Position numbers and translations under genes: made by a program. A stretch of 63,410 nucleotides of DNA, the filler included, from Phoronis australis (taxonomy: Eukaryota > Animalia > Phoronida), in NCBI GenBank assembly GCA_002633005.1. It is 8 parts of 8 records of this genome, joined end to end, with 100 filler letters (N's around TTAATTAATTAA, not from the genome) between each part and the next. Parts side by side here need not be neighbours in the genome. Positions count along the whole stretch, not along the records: positions 61,600 to 63,410 come from NMRA01000718.1; 7 more parts are not named here. One strand, written 5' to 3'. This document shows, piece after piece, positions 61,500-63,410 of this stretch (its first letter is position 1; every line of letters starts with the position of its first letter). The notes under the pieces are model-generated. The model was not told where the DNA came from, searched no databases, and saw only the letters and a list, made by a program, of their open reading frames with translations.

Positions 61500-63410
61500 N
61501 NNNNNNNNNNNNNNNNNNNNNNNNNNNNNNNNNNNNNNNNNNNTTAATTAATTAANNNNNNNNNNNNNNNNNNNNNNNNNNNNNNNNNNNNNNNNNNNNC
61601 CTAATATCTGCCATGCTATTTTGCAAGTGTCACACGCGAGGTCACGCGCTCTCTAAGTCTCGCGCTTGTCCTTGCCTAACTCAATGGAAATAGTTTGTGG
61701 TTGTCGCGCGCGATGAAAAAATTAACGGCTACTAAAAAGTGGAATTCGAATTCTTCGCCATAATCATCTTACTTCAACAAACATGCTACATGGAAGATAT
61801 GTACAGAACCAGAAATGATCGCTGAAGAAACTAAGCGCTTTTTTAAGTTAGCCAGCGGAGGGGCTACGTGTTGCCTAGGCCTAGGCCACGGTAGGCCTAC
61901 AGGTACTTACATGGGAGCAGGTTTGCGAGAAACAATTGATAGGGGGAAGGCCTGAAGGCTGTAATAAATTCACATAAAGTAGATCGCACGTCTGATCAGA
62001 AAGCAGATCTATCCGGCCAGAAGTTTGTAATATGGATTATTGCGCATGCGCTAAATCTTGCCAGCAATAGAAACGAACTTATCAGCTTTCAGTAATTTTA
62101 AAGTGAAGGGAGATAACTGCTCAATTTGTCGATAGCCTGTCGCAGAGAATGCATGCTAAGACTTGCCGCGCCAAATATCAGCGTCCTTGGTGAAAATTTT
62201 ACGTCTCCTGAGGTTCGAAATTTGACCCGTTCAGGTCTATGTTAACGATCGTCCGCAAGCCAATATTTGAGCGCACAACTCATTAAGTCAAGTTTGTGAT
62301 GGAGTTCATTTCGACATCGGATTTGCCGATAGCCTATAGGTGACGACCAGGTGTATTCAGAGGTTGCTGATCCAAATTTCATGCTATTTTTCGAAAAAAA
62401 TGCCACGTCTCTTGTGCTCAAAAAATGAACCCACGTAGAGTGGTGTTAGAAGAAGTGTTAGAGATCGCCTGTTGTCTTGCGATGGACTTTGCGCTCTGTT
62501 GAGGAGAGATTAGCTCACAATGGGTAAGAAACTATCTTTATCAATTTTCTCATCCGGGATGATCTTATGAATAATTTGGTATAATTGGAAAAAAGTTGGA
62601 ATTTACACAGAGTTATACATTTTCGCCTGCCTTATTGTAAGCTCGGTTATCTTCAAAAAGTTACAAGTTTAACTAGTTTAATTCTCAGCCGACCCACAGC
62701 GAGGCGGAACCGGAAGAGCTCACACCAAACACAGTCGTACGAATAACAATGCAATGACGCACGGTTATCTTTAAACCGAAGGCCCTTCGTACGTTTTTGT
62801 GACCAAAATTATACCCGTGAAAACATCAGATTGTTTCATGATTGAATGTTTTACTATTATTATTCTGAGTAGGGGATTGTGAAAAGGTGAACATAATCAT
62901 TACTGTGCCACTTGTTGCTGATCAGACACTAATTATGGATCGTAACGTTAGGATAATGGGGTTTCCTTCGTCTTATTTTTACTTTTACGTGGGAATTAAT
63001 GCGGCGCACAAATAGGTAGTGGCAAACATCTCAAAAATAAACAAAAAAACCTTTTGGCAACCCGCTTACTCAATGTAAGACCATGGTCACTCATGGGCTG
63101 CTGCCGCGTCGAACGTTCGACAGTGCACGTTGTGGTTATGTGTACTGCTGTGTCCCCGATGACCCAGCCAGCACTCACGTTGTAGCATGTAAATATTGCT
63201 CTGAATACAATGACACTGATGAGGATTGATCGGGTTCAGTTACTAGTGTACAAGCTTCGTGACCTCTGACCTATCAGGCGTTCTTATGATTGGATAGGAT
63301 GAGCATGTGTCATGGCGCTAAGCGTCACCTCAAGAATGTTTCAAATTCTAGCGATGTCACGCATGACCCGCAGTGAGGCTGGACGTCTGATCAGGAGGCA
63401 GATAGCATAG

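Noticed and set aside
63210-63245. CTGATGAG hammerhead-like core (also CTGATGA near 5109, 29845, 38727, 42685, 56553)
   Set aside because: No stem II followed by GAAA at any of these sites.
61600-63410. Last piece, CpG-richer start
   Set aside because: No supportable exon, TIR pair or RNA gene found.

Overview
Eukaryotic (metazoan, probably marine invertebrate) draft-genome DNA, not a prokaryotic locus. It is a concatenation of 8 pieces joined by identical artificial 100-bp spacers (44 N + TTAATTAATTAA + 44 N), so adjacency across spacers means nothing. Most ORFs in the six-frame track are spurious or are single exons. By hand-splicing at GT-AG sites I can support four genes: (1) a complete 15-exon, 654-aa class-V PLP aminotransferase / cysteine-desulfurase-like gene (1142-19828, +) whose predicted N-terminus MGNVPC fits the N-myristoylation pattern; (2) 8 internal exons of a LOXHD1-like multi-PLAT gene; (3) 4 exons of eIF5B (-); (4) 5 exons of DGCR8/Pasha. 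The rest is transposon-rich: a decayed 4.8-kb Kolobok (THAP transposase plus convergent KolX/P2X7-ballast-like gene) in an intron of the aminotransferase gene; a frameshifted piggyBac transposase; an unclassified ~4-kb TIR element; a structurally complete, non-coding 1.7-kb LTR element with tRNA-Ser PBS, PPT and 4-bp TSD; LINE, SINE and Helentron-like fragments; several MITE families (two with 5-bp TSDs); and minisatellites. I found no convincing wholly new system. The best leads are the putatively lipid-anchored desulfurase-like enzyme, the TRIM-like LTR element with a repeated hairpin leader, the Kolobok, the unclassified TIR element and a decayed triplication of an eIF5B exon end.
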